In this document: positions 1 to 12,600 of the stretch, one piece after another
How the letters are laid out: the number at the start of each line of letters is the position of its first letter
Position numbering within the stretch: the stretch's first letter is position 1
Origin: Phoronis australis
Lineage: Eukaryota > Animalia > Phoronida
Direction: 5' to 3'
Assembly (NCBI GenBank): GCA_002633005.1
Contig: NMRA01000017.1
Span: forward strand, 937,482-1,001,481
DNA: 64,000 bases
Translations under genes and position numbers: made by a program
The notes under the pieces: generated by a model
What the model was told of the DNA's origin: nothing
Seen by the model: the letters and a program-made list of their open reading frames with translations, nothing else
The model's database searches: none

Positions 1-840
1 GGTAATCTTCTTTTCTGTTAATTCAAAAAAACACTACTATAGCTGTTACAAATTATTTTTACTTGCTGGCATGTCACTATCATTTTCACTGCTAAATAAT
101 AAAAAATGTACCTCTTTGCAACACAATTTCAATCAATTGGCTTACAAGTAGAAAAAAAGTCTGGCTTTTCAAACGTAGCTCAGAGCTTTTCAAACACAGT
201 ACAAGTACATGTATGGGGAATATTGACTCTAGCATTGCTCATTTTGGAAACCCTTCAAATCATACAAATTTTTGTTTTCACTCCAAAATGATACCACTGG
301 GTCTTTGGGAAATTCTCAGTAATATTCCCTTTTGGTGTCGCGTAACTCATCAAAGTGTTATTTCGGACCTCGCACTGTGACATAGTGGTCGAGGTTTTTA
401 CTTGTCGCTTGTGCAACTGGCTTCAAGTCTACGCTTTATCAAGATTATTTGGTCTGGCCTTTGTAATTATAAACACTGTATATCTCGCTTGCCTCAGATG
501 AGTAATTCGTTTTCAAGCTTGTTGACATTTACATAATTCTTGTACAAATTTTTGCCAGCCAGCAAGCTCTTGGGAAGCTTACCTAAGTTTATAAACTAAG
601 CAAAAACACTTCACTGACCAGAGTCATCAAATTGTATTTTTGACATGTAATTTGAGTTGTGTTACTTCTTGATTGGATGGGCAGTTTTCACACGAGGTCA
701 CAGGATAGCATGTATTTTGATTCACCAGCACTGCGGTCACTTTGTGGGCTTGCATCAGGGTCTCATGTTCTAGACTGATCACGTCCTTGCTGTTCATACT
801 CAGCTCAGTAGGATATCATAGTTTACTTATTGCTTTCCAG

Positions 841-2558
841 GTTTGCCAAGGACCTGACCTTCTACGCCGCTCACATCCCCACCATCAGCACACAGCTCAG
901 CATTATCTCTAGTGTTAAGGCAGCTACTCCTGATGATCGATCGGTGAGAATTCAGTTTCATTTTTATAATTGCACAAGTGTTTTAGGCTGAACTACTATT
1001 GACTACTGACCACTACAGAACAAATATGTGTCATTCAGAATGTGGTATGCTGGTATATTTGACATATTACACAATATTTCTTTGTGCATTGAGCCCTTGT
1101 GTTGTTCTGCAAAAGGTTTGCATGCATCCTCTTGACAGTTGGCGAAACTTGGGCATTCCAAAATGGACACCTATTCTTGAACGAACTCTGGGAAGTAGGT
1201 CACAAAAATATGTTAATTTTTCTGAAATTGGGCTGAATTTGAGTTTTCAAATTTGTTGCAATGGAAAGATATAAGGAGAAATTTACAATTTATGGCAAGG
1301 ATGACTATGCAGTCTTGAAACATTTTGTCACCAGCGAGGTCCTCAGCTGGGAAGTTTTGTTTATTTTCCTAGGCTATTCTACGAAAATCTTAGACATGTC
1401 TGCACTTTAATCTTGAAAATTTATAATTTATAACAAATTACATCTTTGGTAAAAAGTCTGGGGTACTGATGAAGAAAATATTAAACATCTAGTTAACAAG
1501 TTGGTATTAGAAGAATTAATGTGTACAATTAACATGTTAACAGGAAACTTGACACAAATTGCTGAAAGATTATACAATTGAATGCATTAAAATTATTAAA
1601 TATTACCGTGGCACAGTTAAGTCTCATTACAATCAATGCTCCGGAAACCTGTCTACAATGTTTGAAATGTGAGTAACCAAAGCAATTTGTATACTGTACA
1701 ATTGTCGCAAGACTTATGGAGTGGAAAGTTATCAATGAGCAAACATTATAAACTGGCTGTATTGTTGATAGGCCGACAAGGTACTGGTGAAGAACGCAGA
1801 CAACCTAATGAAGGCTGTGTCCAACACACTGAAAGCTGCGGAAGCCGCGTGTGTAAAGGTAATGGGAAAATTATGTGTTCTATTTACAACTGTGGTCGCT
1901 CTTACAAGGGTAAACATTACTGCCACCTGAATTGTTTTAGTTTGAATCTCAGATTTAGTAGCAAGACAGTGTGTGTTTGCAGTTGGTTCTTGTTACTTAG
2001 TACTCATGATCAACAACGATTTTTTGTAAAGGCATACTTCAGGCGTCAGCACGAGTGAGTTGCTTTACTGTTTCTTACAATGCTGTATCAAGTGTCTTAT
2101 AAAAATGTTGGTTTAAGGCAGGAACTAATAAAATTACTTTTTTCTCACGCTCTTGTATATGCTGTGAACATAGTATTTTCAATGTGTGGCAACGTACACG
2201 GTCATCGCTTAGCCAATTTCTTTACCATTTACAGAGCTTTAACCAGCTATGTTAACAGTTAGATTGATTATCATAAACATTGAAACTTTTTAGCTGAATT
2301 TTTTCATAATCCGCTGTGGTATTATTGTTCCTGTCATAAGTACTGCCATTGTTGTTATTACTACAGGGTTTGCGTCAGCCTCCGTCTGATGCTGTGGACG
2401 AGACTCGCGCCGTCGTCTTGGCGATGCAGTGGAAGAAGAAACTACTTAACTACCGACGCGCCGAGACCAGCTACGCAGACACTGATGAATTAGGACTGAG
2501 GAAGATAACCCGGCAATCATCGGGACCGCAGTTGTCAGAAATATTGCTTCGTAGATAG
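841..2558 (+). CDS. 3' end (last three coding exons) of a vinculin/alpha-catenin superfamily protein; 5' part lies before the window
   Basis: Phase-compatible GT-AG exons 841-943 ([34 protein letters not shown]), 1772-1858 (ADKVLVKNADNLMKAVSNTLKAAEAACVK) and 2367-2558 (GLRQPPSD...LAMQWKKKLL...LSEILLRR*). [16 protein letters not shown] and LVxNAxNLMxxVxxTxxxAEAA match the vinculin tail helices ([38 protein letters not shown]). Confidence 0.88.
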
Positions 2559-4853
2559 GCATATTGGTGGCTGTGACATGAAATAAGATGGAGAATGTTG
2601 GACTGAGGAAAGTGGATCTGGCGTCTTGAAGGTTGCAGTTGTCTGAAGGATGCTTGTTGCTTCGTAGCTCGCATTGACTTTGTTGAGTATAGATCTGTGA
2701 AGGCTTGGTTTGTGGGTGGTTACTCAAAGCTGTTGCAAATGCTGATGGCTCTACCTATTTGGCACATTCCTTCGGCCCACTGAATACACACGTCAGAGGT
2801 GTGACAGGCAAACGCCTTTACAAGTTAGACTTCTTTGAATGAATGGGTGGCTTTCAAGTAGTAACCTGTTGATTGATCACATGCAACCGGATATTCGTGG
2901 CCTTTAGAGGACGAGTTTCACTTTTGTTTGAAATGCGTCAGATGTATTCTTATGTCACTGCAAAGTAGAAGTATCCCCTGGTGGCAATTAGATGAACCGG
3001 TCCCTCGTGATCACCCCCCATTGCTTCCAAAAAGTCTCCCACTGCAGTAGCCTTGTTCCAGCCTCTAGCTTGCAGTTGGATCTCTTGCAAGCCGTAAATG
3101 CAGTTCCGACTGCATGGGCTTCCTTATTTGCAAAGTCACCTGAGTTGAATAGCCTGATATGTGTCGCATCTTTGATGTGCATTTACGATGAACGAACACC
3201 AGCCTAATATACGCGGACAGTGAGATTATGAATGGTTGTTGTTACCCAGCCGACATCAACATAGAATTAAAAGTAAAAAGCAATAATTGTTATGATGAGG
3301 GAACCAGTCTGTACCCTTGTTGGAAGGACTGGTCTTCTTTGTTCATTTATTCGGCAACAAATCTATGACCAGTCATGAGACAGAATAGATAGGATCCATT
3401 CAGTCTCTGGGCAGGTACTAGACTGCTATGGAAACAATTATGTTAATGAAGAAGTGTGGTTTTATTTATTGTGATCTGTAATGTTTACATGCTTTGTTTG
3501 GATGGCTGTTTTGGTCGTTCAAGTTGTTAACACTGTTATGTGGACTGAGCAGGGGGACCGGACCTGTGAAATTTTGTTTTGTAAATGGATCAGAACATTC
3601 CATGTCGGACCCATGAAATTTAGTGTTTTTTAAATGTTATAGAACATTCCATGCTGTTTTATTAATGATCAAGTTAACTACATTTATCATGTAGCTGGTC
3701 ACAGTTGTCTTAGCTGCGCTAAGGGTGTGTTTTGGTATAATCGTTTTCCTATAAATGTAATCATGTTATAACAAATCATAGTGTGTTACTTTATATGGAG
3801 TGTTTGTATGGATTGTTGTTTGGCAGCCTGATTCAGTGTTTGTATCGTCTGAAATTGTTTTTTTTTTTTCTTAAAGATTGTTTTCTTAATTTTCTAACAG
3901 CAGGGTATTTTTCCACTATTTATGTTTTGTTTTTATTCATGTTGTTGATACTATTTCTTCTTATGAGCCTCTTGGTACTGATAAACACCTTTTTATAAAT
4001 CTTAATTGTACTGCAGATCCCTGACAAAATTGTGCTCAGTTTTGGTTCATTTATTGCAACCAAGACATTGTAAACTCGTTATTCCAAAAGCTATTGTTTG
4101 AATAGCCCTGTTTGCTATTAATAGCTCATTCTTAGTAGGTCTGTCGTTTTGTTGTGACCACATTATCTTGGAAGTTCTCTGTAGAATGTTTCTAAGCATC
4201 CAATGTTTCAAATATAAGTTTACATTCAGCCAACATCTTTTGTGGACAAAAACTTTTTAACACCTGTACAGGTAAAATGCCCTGAAGTGCATTTGACCAA
4301 GTTGATCTCCTGCACAGGCATGTTGCAGCTTTTTGGTCATACTGTGTTGGTGAGGGATTTAAACCTCCTGGCACTCATAGATCCACCACTCCTCCTTTTA
4401 CACTTAGAAATTTGACACTTTGGACGTCCACAGCAGATTTTCAGGGCAACCCGAGTTCGCCAGGGCAAAATACTGTGAAATCTCACTCTCTATTTGCGAA
4501 CATGTGAGCATAGAGTACTCACGTAATGCTTCTGGTGTTGGATTTTGCCGTGATATCGACTGTCAAAGTGGAAATACTCGCTCCCTTCTGGGGGTTACTC
4601 GGTCTGTACAATGTCAACCCCGGGTGACGTCTGAGAATTGCATAATGGGTAGGTGGTGCCGCCGCGAGTCCAGACCGACGCAATACTTGCGTGGAAAAGT
4701 CACCTCGGTACTGTATGATCTTGGTGAAATTCGGGCATTACAGCCTTTTGTAAAATAGAGAGCCATCGCCATGTCTCGCTTGCTGCAACGTACTGTATTT
4801 GCCCGTGTCGCGCGCGGCAAACCGTTGCAGTGAAGTTCATGATGGCGTTATGA

Positions 4854-5307
4854 TGTCGTTCAGCAACCTTCCCGACGTGAGGGGTTCTGAACGTGCGATA
4901 ACATGTGGCTCTTTTGTTATCTGCCCAGCACGGCATAACTGTCCCGTGTGACAACAGCAGGCCAATTATCTCCCAGGTTTCAAAGAGTTACTGAAACCTG
5001 GCAGATAGGCCGATTGTCTTAACTTCTGTTGCAGTTGGGCGATTTTAGTGATTCAAAAACTAAACATGATCAACATTTGACAAGGAATTCAGAAATGCTA
5101 TTGGTTTATGTTCAAAGATGTTACAACTTAATTTTCATTTTTATCGGCCCAGCCCAGTCAGCTAGGCTGTATACGATATCTGACCGGAGATTAGAGCAAT
5201 TATCGAACAAAAGAGAGCCAGCCCTCCAAACATAAACGCCAGAAGTCGTGTAAGATATTGGCTACAGGGGTGATCTTCCCAACTTGTTAGGATATAGAAT
5301 CGAACAA
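4854..5307 (+). repeat. Dispersed repeat family R1, copy 1 (internal deletion)
   Basis: Shares gacgtgagggg, gcaggccaattatctcccagg, ggaattcagaaatgctattggttta, cagcccagtca and gtcgtgtaagatattggctac with copies at 41411, 47052 and 56217. Confidence 0.85.
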
Positions 5308-6621
5308 AAGATCATTTTGAAACGGACCCAACGACACCCGCAGTGTTACTCTATTAAAATGAACTTTTCTCAAACTGGTATGTAAATCGCTTTTGAAAAT
5401 CGACTATTTGTTTTTAAGTCCGACATAGAACCAGCCAGTTATGCTTTTTCAACATCACCCCGATTTCCTGATTTAGTAACACGAAGCCAGGGCTTGGTGT
5501 ACCGCCGTGTGTATGCAGCCTCAGTACCTCGGACCGGCGCTAATATAGTTTTCAACACAATGACTTGCAGTAAATGCATATAATCGTTAATTCATACGTT
5601 CCTTAATGCTTTAATTTTACCTGCGTCATTGTTGTTGTTTTTCTAGTTGATTTTTTTGAGTTTGCGGCGGCCGGGATTTTGCCTATTTTCGAGGCTACTG
5701 ACTGGTCTAGAAGCGAACTGCAATTAATGACATGTCTCACATTAAGTTTGTTGTTTTTGTCATTTTGTTTTGATCGATGTTTTGACGGTAATTGGTACAT
5801 AATTCTTAGTCCTGCTGCAAGACAACACTATGACTAAGGCGTCCGTGATAAAAGTTAATGCCGGCACTCGGAACACTCCGGACCCGGCGGGCCAAACCGT
5901 TGAGTATTGAAACAGTTTGTCAATGACATTTTGCGTCATTAATGCGGGGCGCGGCCCTGAAATAACTCTGAAATTTCTTTCCGGATTATAATTTTGAGGC
6001 CGGCATAACTTCTTGTAGAAGTTTGCGGCACTGAAATGAACCGCCCGAATGCAATCGGCCACTAAGTACTTTTCCCGAGTGTTTTTAAAAATTTCCATCC
6101 TTAATTTTTCCTACTTTTTGTGAAATGCCATTCCCACTTTTTCCAACCGCTGTGAAAAGCTGTTGCTGGGAGGCCTGCGCTATGTCCAGGCTGTCGCCTT
6201 CATACACCCCGTGCCTCACGCTGGCGCCGGGCCGCGGCACTGTGCCCGTGCCTCCGGTCAGTGGAGTGGGACGGCGATAACACGCTCTCCGAGGAATTTC
6301 CTCAGTCTGTGAGATCTGAAAATCCATGGACTTCACACATATAAAGCAAGACGAGATGAACTGGCGTGCGTTGAGTAGACGCTAGGGCCTAGCTAAAACC
6401 TAGTCAAATTCACGTGTTCTCATTTAAAATACACGGCAATATCTCAAGTAATCTCACGAAGTCTTGCTTTTTAGCGAGGTCCTAGCGTTACTGAACGGGA
6501 GGCTGATTTGACAAAATACACACAGATGGATATACCTGTATGCATCAAGAGCAAACTATCTCATTGCCTAACGTGGTACACGTCACTAGCGCCTCTAGCG
6601 GACAAGTCATGAGTAATCAAG

Positions 6622-9600
6622 ATGGAAAACCTCTCGAACAAAGCGGTGCAAGATGCTTGTTCTAAGCACCCGAGGACGATAACGAAAGCTGTTCAGTATG
6701 GAACAGCTGGTTTCAGATCAAAGTAAGTGTATAAGTTGCAAGGGATGGGAAACTCCTGTAGTTAATAGTGTACTTTACACATCTGGCAACCACGTATTCC
6801 AACTCCGCGCAGGCCCCGCTGCGAGTCGCTGACGTGGGCTTCCCCGGCCGGTGAAACCAGCCATTTATTCACGTATCAATTGGTCCCCTGTGCATGTGAA
6901 GAACAAAATCGATAGATAGAATCAGGTTGTAGTCATCGCAACAGTAAAATTGATCAGCTCGCCTCACATACAAGGACACTGATTTATTTGGCTGCTATGC
7001 TGGCACTGCCTGGCCAGTGTACAGACAGTCTGTGAGCCAGCTTCACAGGCTCTGCCGTTTTGCAGCCGTTTAAGTCACTTTCAGAAGTACCCTTTCAAAT
7101 ATTTTCAAAATCCTGAAAAATGTGGTTTATTGGTCACTTGTGTCACTATCATAGGGACACCTTGAGAAAATACTTTAGCTGGGGGGCAGGGGTGCCTGCC
7201 GGGGATCTGCGATAGGATACTAAGTTAATACATACTACATAGACAACAAGTATCTATGGTTAATACCTGAGTAAGCCTGTGATAAGGCACCTTAATTGTA
7301 CATTGTCTATAGATTTGTACTGAAGTTGAATTTCTAGTGAAAAGTTGGGTTAACCTGAAGAAATTCAATCAATAATTTAGGCAAAATAGATGCATTAGTT
7401 TTCAGTTCTCTGGTACTGGATGATGATATTAGTAACTCTCTGGTAATACTAGTACAAGTAGTCACTTTCAGGGTTCCTATTCTGAGGACCATGAGTTTTC
7501 TCAACTGAATAGCATCATAAACAGGACTCCTATGAGTAACTATTGCCACTCTTTGCACCATGGTTGGTAATTGTCCTGCGAGTTGTGGTGTCGGACAAAA
7601 TACTATGAGAACGCTTAAAAATGGACTAGATAAGACTGATATCGAAATTTACCGTTGCTGTCATTTGGAGCTGAAACAAAACAAGAGGATTTTTTAATGT
7701 AACGTAAGTTGTAATCCTACGGGCTGCAAGCATACTAGCTCCCAACAGGAATTTTGAGCACTAAGAGCCAGATGACAAGCAGGTATCACTGGCTGCGAAA
7801 AAGAGTTTTTTAAGAATCGAAAATGTGTCATTTAGACATCACAAATTTGTATCCATGGAAGTTTGCATTCTACTCCATTTCACCATCTTTGGAGCTGAAC
7901 CAGCTGGTCTCAAAGGAGGTCCAGCTAAATTGGCATTGACTGGTTGTCTTAACATACTGTTTGACATGAAGTCTGAACTAATGTCGTGTGACATTGTTTT
8001 ATTCAAGTAACTTGATCAAAGTACAAATATCCAGGAAAGATTTTTAGACATCCATACCAGGTGCTTTATTGGAAGTTTTAGGCTTCTTAATTTTGATTTG
8101 AAGCCAAATTGTTTTCAAAATTGTGAAAATTAAGAATCTTTAGACTTTCAGTATCTCATTATGTTGCAGCTGGACCTCTGAATTAAAAGAAAAAAAGTAA
8201 TTTTCTGATTTTACCCACTGTACAGTGTGTCTTTCTCAGTGACCCTTACTAATATGTTACTATGTTGACCCATGACTAATGACCTATAATATGATGAGAT
8301 TTTGTTGTTTTCTGTTTCAGTGCCACTGAGCTAGACTTTGTATTATACCGCATGGGCTTGTTGGCTGTTCTTAGGTCAAAATACAAGAAAGGTAATTGCT
8401 GTGGTCACCTGTGTTCAAGCCCAGGGCGCCTAAATTGGGAATGTAAAAAATAAAGGGTGGGCGCTAAGCCGAACATGGGCGTTATGAAAATTTGGAAGTT
8501 TTGTTGGTGAGTTTTAAATCGAATATGAATGTTAATCAGGACAATTACAATACGGTTTGGTAAAATGTTACTAGGATGAAAATAATTCCCAAAATTGGTA
8601 TTTTCTTTCTTCAAAGGCTTTTAACGCTGTTCTGAATCACCGCAACTTTTCTGAAGCATGGTAACTATAGCATAGACCTTATAAATAAGTATATCATATA
8701 TTTTGAAAAATGAAAAAATTAAATTCCCTTGTTGAAAATATTGTACCCTAAATTGGTGAGATTTTATTGTGCTTTTTTTACTATATATTAGGAGCCTTTG
8801 GAAAGCTTTTAAATTGCATTGTGTAGTATCGTATCATGATGAATAATCAAAAGTGCTTCACAAAAGTTATCATGAAGGTTGGCAATTCATATTATAGTCT
8901 GCTATGCTGGCGACAGCTTCATCTTTGTCAGTCGTCAGCCGGGTTGTGGTCTGCAAGAACATCCTCAGCATCGCCGTCTCTAGTATTATATGGCTTTCAT
9001 AGTTGACCCTGATTTTCCTCTCAATTTTGCCAAGTGTTATAAATTCCTAAGCAAAATCAAAATAAAGAAATGTAAGTTTTAGTAGTGAAACAAAAACTGT
9101 ATTTGATGTTGATTATGCTACTATTTCCCTTGCGTGTATTATGAAAATGTTTTGTGTTATGCTCTTTATTTACAACAGCGACCATTGGTGTGATGATCAC
9201 AGCCTCTCACAACCCTGAGTGTGATAATGGGGTCAAACTAGTAGATCCATTTGGAGAAATGTTGGAGTTTGCCTGGGAAAAGCTTGCCACAGACTTAGTC
9301 AATGTAAGGTAAGTATTCGGTGACTATTGTGATAGGATTTCTATTTTGGTAATTGGCCATTGGTAAAACGGCTATTTTGGTGGTGATTTTTGTACGAAAT
9401 TTGTGAAGAATTACAAAATGTAAATTACGTAGGTGCACTGGTGTGAAATGAAGTTGTCATGGAAACTTTTATTGCTTTGCAGTGTAACTACGATAATTCT
9501 CATGTTTTAAGTGCACACAAAAATATTTCCCAAAATTGTCATTTTTCCGTTTTTCAAAGGTTATTGCAAATAATGGAAAATTTTCCAAACGTTTTATGAC

Positions 9601-12600
9601 ATCTATTCTACACAGAACAAACCATGCCAGGAATAGCCTAAAATTTTCTCAATTTTTGTTTTTGTGGAGAAATTTGACAGAGAATTTCACTTGCTGGCCA
9701 TACTGTGTGCCAAATAAGTAAAAAAATGCCACTTGTTTAGTCTTTGTTATAACTCTGTGCATAGGAGCACACTCTCGTTGTCAAGGGTTTGAACTTTGAG
9801 GTAACCAGGTAGAAAAATGTACCAACCTACCCATTTATGTTGTCTGGTCACATAAATCCAGACCATTAGTCATCTCTATGGACCTATTTGACCGTGTCGC
9901 ACTGGAAATTAATTGAGAGCAGACGTGTGTATTCAATGAACTCTCTGAAATAAAATTTGATAGGAGGAAACCAATATCATATGTTAATAAAATAGGCTGT
10001 AAGATTTAAAAAAACGCCCGTCAATACTAAAGGGTTGTGGAATAGTTGAAATGATTGTTATAACTGAAGGTAGATAATATTTGCTTTACAAACTTTTAAA
10101 ATCTTTAGCAGATTGTTTTGTGATCTTGCTTTTATTTAATAAACTGAATGTTTTCCCCAAGTGAATGAACAAGTGGGGGTGTAAGAAAATAAATCATTAT
10201 TTTTATTAATTTGTAAATTTCTCTCTAACAATTATAGATGATTGTATCCTGCAAGCTATGGTACACGAGATCATATTTTGAATGACCTTTTGCCTCAAAA
10301 TAATGTTTATATGGGTTTTCACTTAATTTCCAATTTGGTCCCTGTACTAGTATAGTACACTCATCATATTTAGTGATTGTAAAAAGTCTTCAGTTTTGGG
10401 ATGCACTTTAGTGGAGAAGTAAAATTTTACTTTCCTGTTAACTTGAAATGTGTGGTGCAGATGTTACAAAAGAAAATTTTTGCATCTATTGCAAAACTTT
10501 TAGACAAAGTTTGATTCTCGCAGTATTTTTGTGCTCAATTATTTACTCTAACTGTTGTTATAATATAACTGTTGAATTGCATGGGAGAGTTACTTATATT
10601 AATTATCAGGGCTCGACACTTAGCGTAATGTCAACTCGCCAAATACAACCTGGCAAAATTCCCAGGTATCTAAACAAGAAAATGGGTCACTAAACCTCAT
10701 TTGCGAGAGACTAAAATGAAATAATTGAGATACCTGAATTGAAAAGCCAGCGAACTAGCCACATGTCTGCCATTGCATCCGAATAGTGCACACATGTTCG
10801 GCTTCTGAGGAAGGCGAACACCATTGGGTCCATCTAACATTTGCAAAACAATTCCAACTTTCCTCTGATTACTGCCTGTAGTATTTTGGGTGTGTGCTCG
10901 AATGTGACATGGCGAATTATGGCAACCCGAGATTTTTACCAGGTTGCTAAAGGAAATCTGAGGTCGCCTTAGTTGCAAAATCAAATCCTGCTTTTGACGT
11001 TTGAGTCTTTGATATTTCTCGTTTTTAGTGATGCCGAAGTCGGTCTAGTTCTTCAGTCCATTTGTACCACATGTTCCATTGACTGGACAGTACCTGCCCA
11101 GGTGTTTATAGGTAGAGATACCAGGTGAGAGTTCTGTGCTTCAGTTTCCAGTTGTTCACATTTTTTTCATTTTGCAATGTTATGAATGCATCAAATTCGT
11201 CTTTTGATACTCAAGTGAACAAAATAATTATTACAGACTGGATTACAGAAGAATTGTTCTAAAAATAGGTTTTTTATTTTTCAAAGGTTGAATGATTACC
11301 TTGTTAGTATGTTGAATAATTTAGTTTGCACCTGGTTATGTTGATGATGCTTGTACTGTACAAATGATGGTACCAATATATGTACATTTTCGAAACGTTC
11401 ATTTTTGAGGCATTTGTCATGTTATGTTTAATCTGTCATGTTATTTCTAAAAAGGCAAAGGATTGTCATCTGGTGTTGTGGAGAGCTCATGACGTTTTTC
11501 ATAGCACCAAGTTAAGTCTCAATTCTTTATTGATGATGTCTGAAGCTAGTAGTTAACTGTTTCCTCTCAAGCAACCAGAATGTCTTATTTCTCTGCATCT
11601 GTACTTAAAGTCCTGAATAGTATCACTTACTTGTAGACCCAGCAGTCCACCCTTGGCCCAAGCTGTGGTGGATGGTATTGCAGCGCTGCAGGGACAGTGC
11701 ACAGACTATGGTGAGTGACGTTAACAGGTCCGGAGTGTGATGACATGGTGTTCATAATTATTTGAATGGATGCTTGGTCCCTGCAAATGTCATTATGATC
11801 AGAAATTTAATGGGTTCTCAGTAATCCATTATTTAAAGCATTATTTGTGCACAACTGAGAGAGCATACGTTTAATCCCTTGTTCCCAAGCAAGACCCTGG
11901 TAATGGTATTTTTTCAACTTTGTTGTCTAAACAAGACAAAAATTAAAAAGGGCTCAGTTGATAAAATGCAGCTGCCATTGTTAAAATGCATGCATGTAGT
12001 TTAAAGAGCTGCCCTTGTTAGGCCCTGTATTGTCGTGTATCTACTGGCCTGTGAGACCCTGTATCACTTTGTATCCACCCTATATCACCCTGTATCCACC
12101 CTTGTCAGACCCTATATCACCTAGCATCAACAGTGCACAGTACAAGTATTCAGGCAAAATGACACGAAATTCTGAATCATGATGACTGGGTGGAAGCTGA
12201 CTTCATTGTTATAGTCTCCCCTGAAAATGAAGGGAAGTAAGTTGGCCAAGCCATTCTGTAATTAGAATTTTGCCTGAATAATAATTAATACTAATAATTT
12301 TTGCTGTGAACGTAATTAATTGTCATGACGGGGAAACAATATTTTGTCTGATTACTTTGTCGTGTACTTCACTATACTGCACTGTACTGTATTAGACCCT
12401 TCATCACCCTGTATTCACCCTTACTAGACCAAATATCACCGTGTGTCTGCTTCAGTTAGACCCAATATCTCCTTGTGCCTGCCATTGATGGACCCAATGT
12501 CACCTTGTTTCTGCCTTTGTTAGATCCAATATCACGCTATATCTGCCTTTGTTAGACCCAATATCACTCTATAGATCCAATATCCACCTTGTATCTGCCT

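Noticed and set aside
5603-6336. Minus-strand ORFs head-to-head with PGM3
   Set aside because: No recognisable motifs or convincing exon structure; explained by locally GC-rich promoter-proximal or repeat DNA.
10607-11011. MITE beginning CAGGGCTCGACA and a THAP-like MCALFGC peptide
   Set aside because: Right TIR too degenerate, no TSD, and the peptide match is too short to support.
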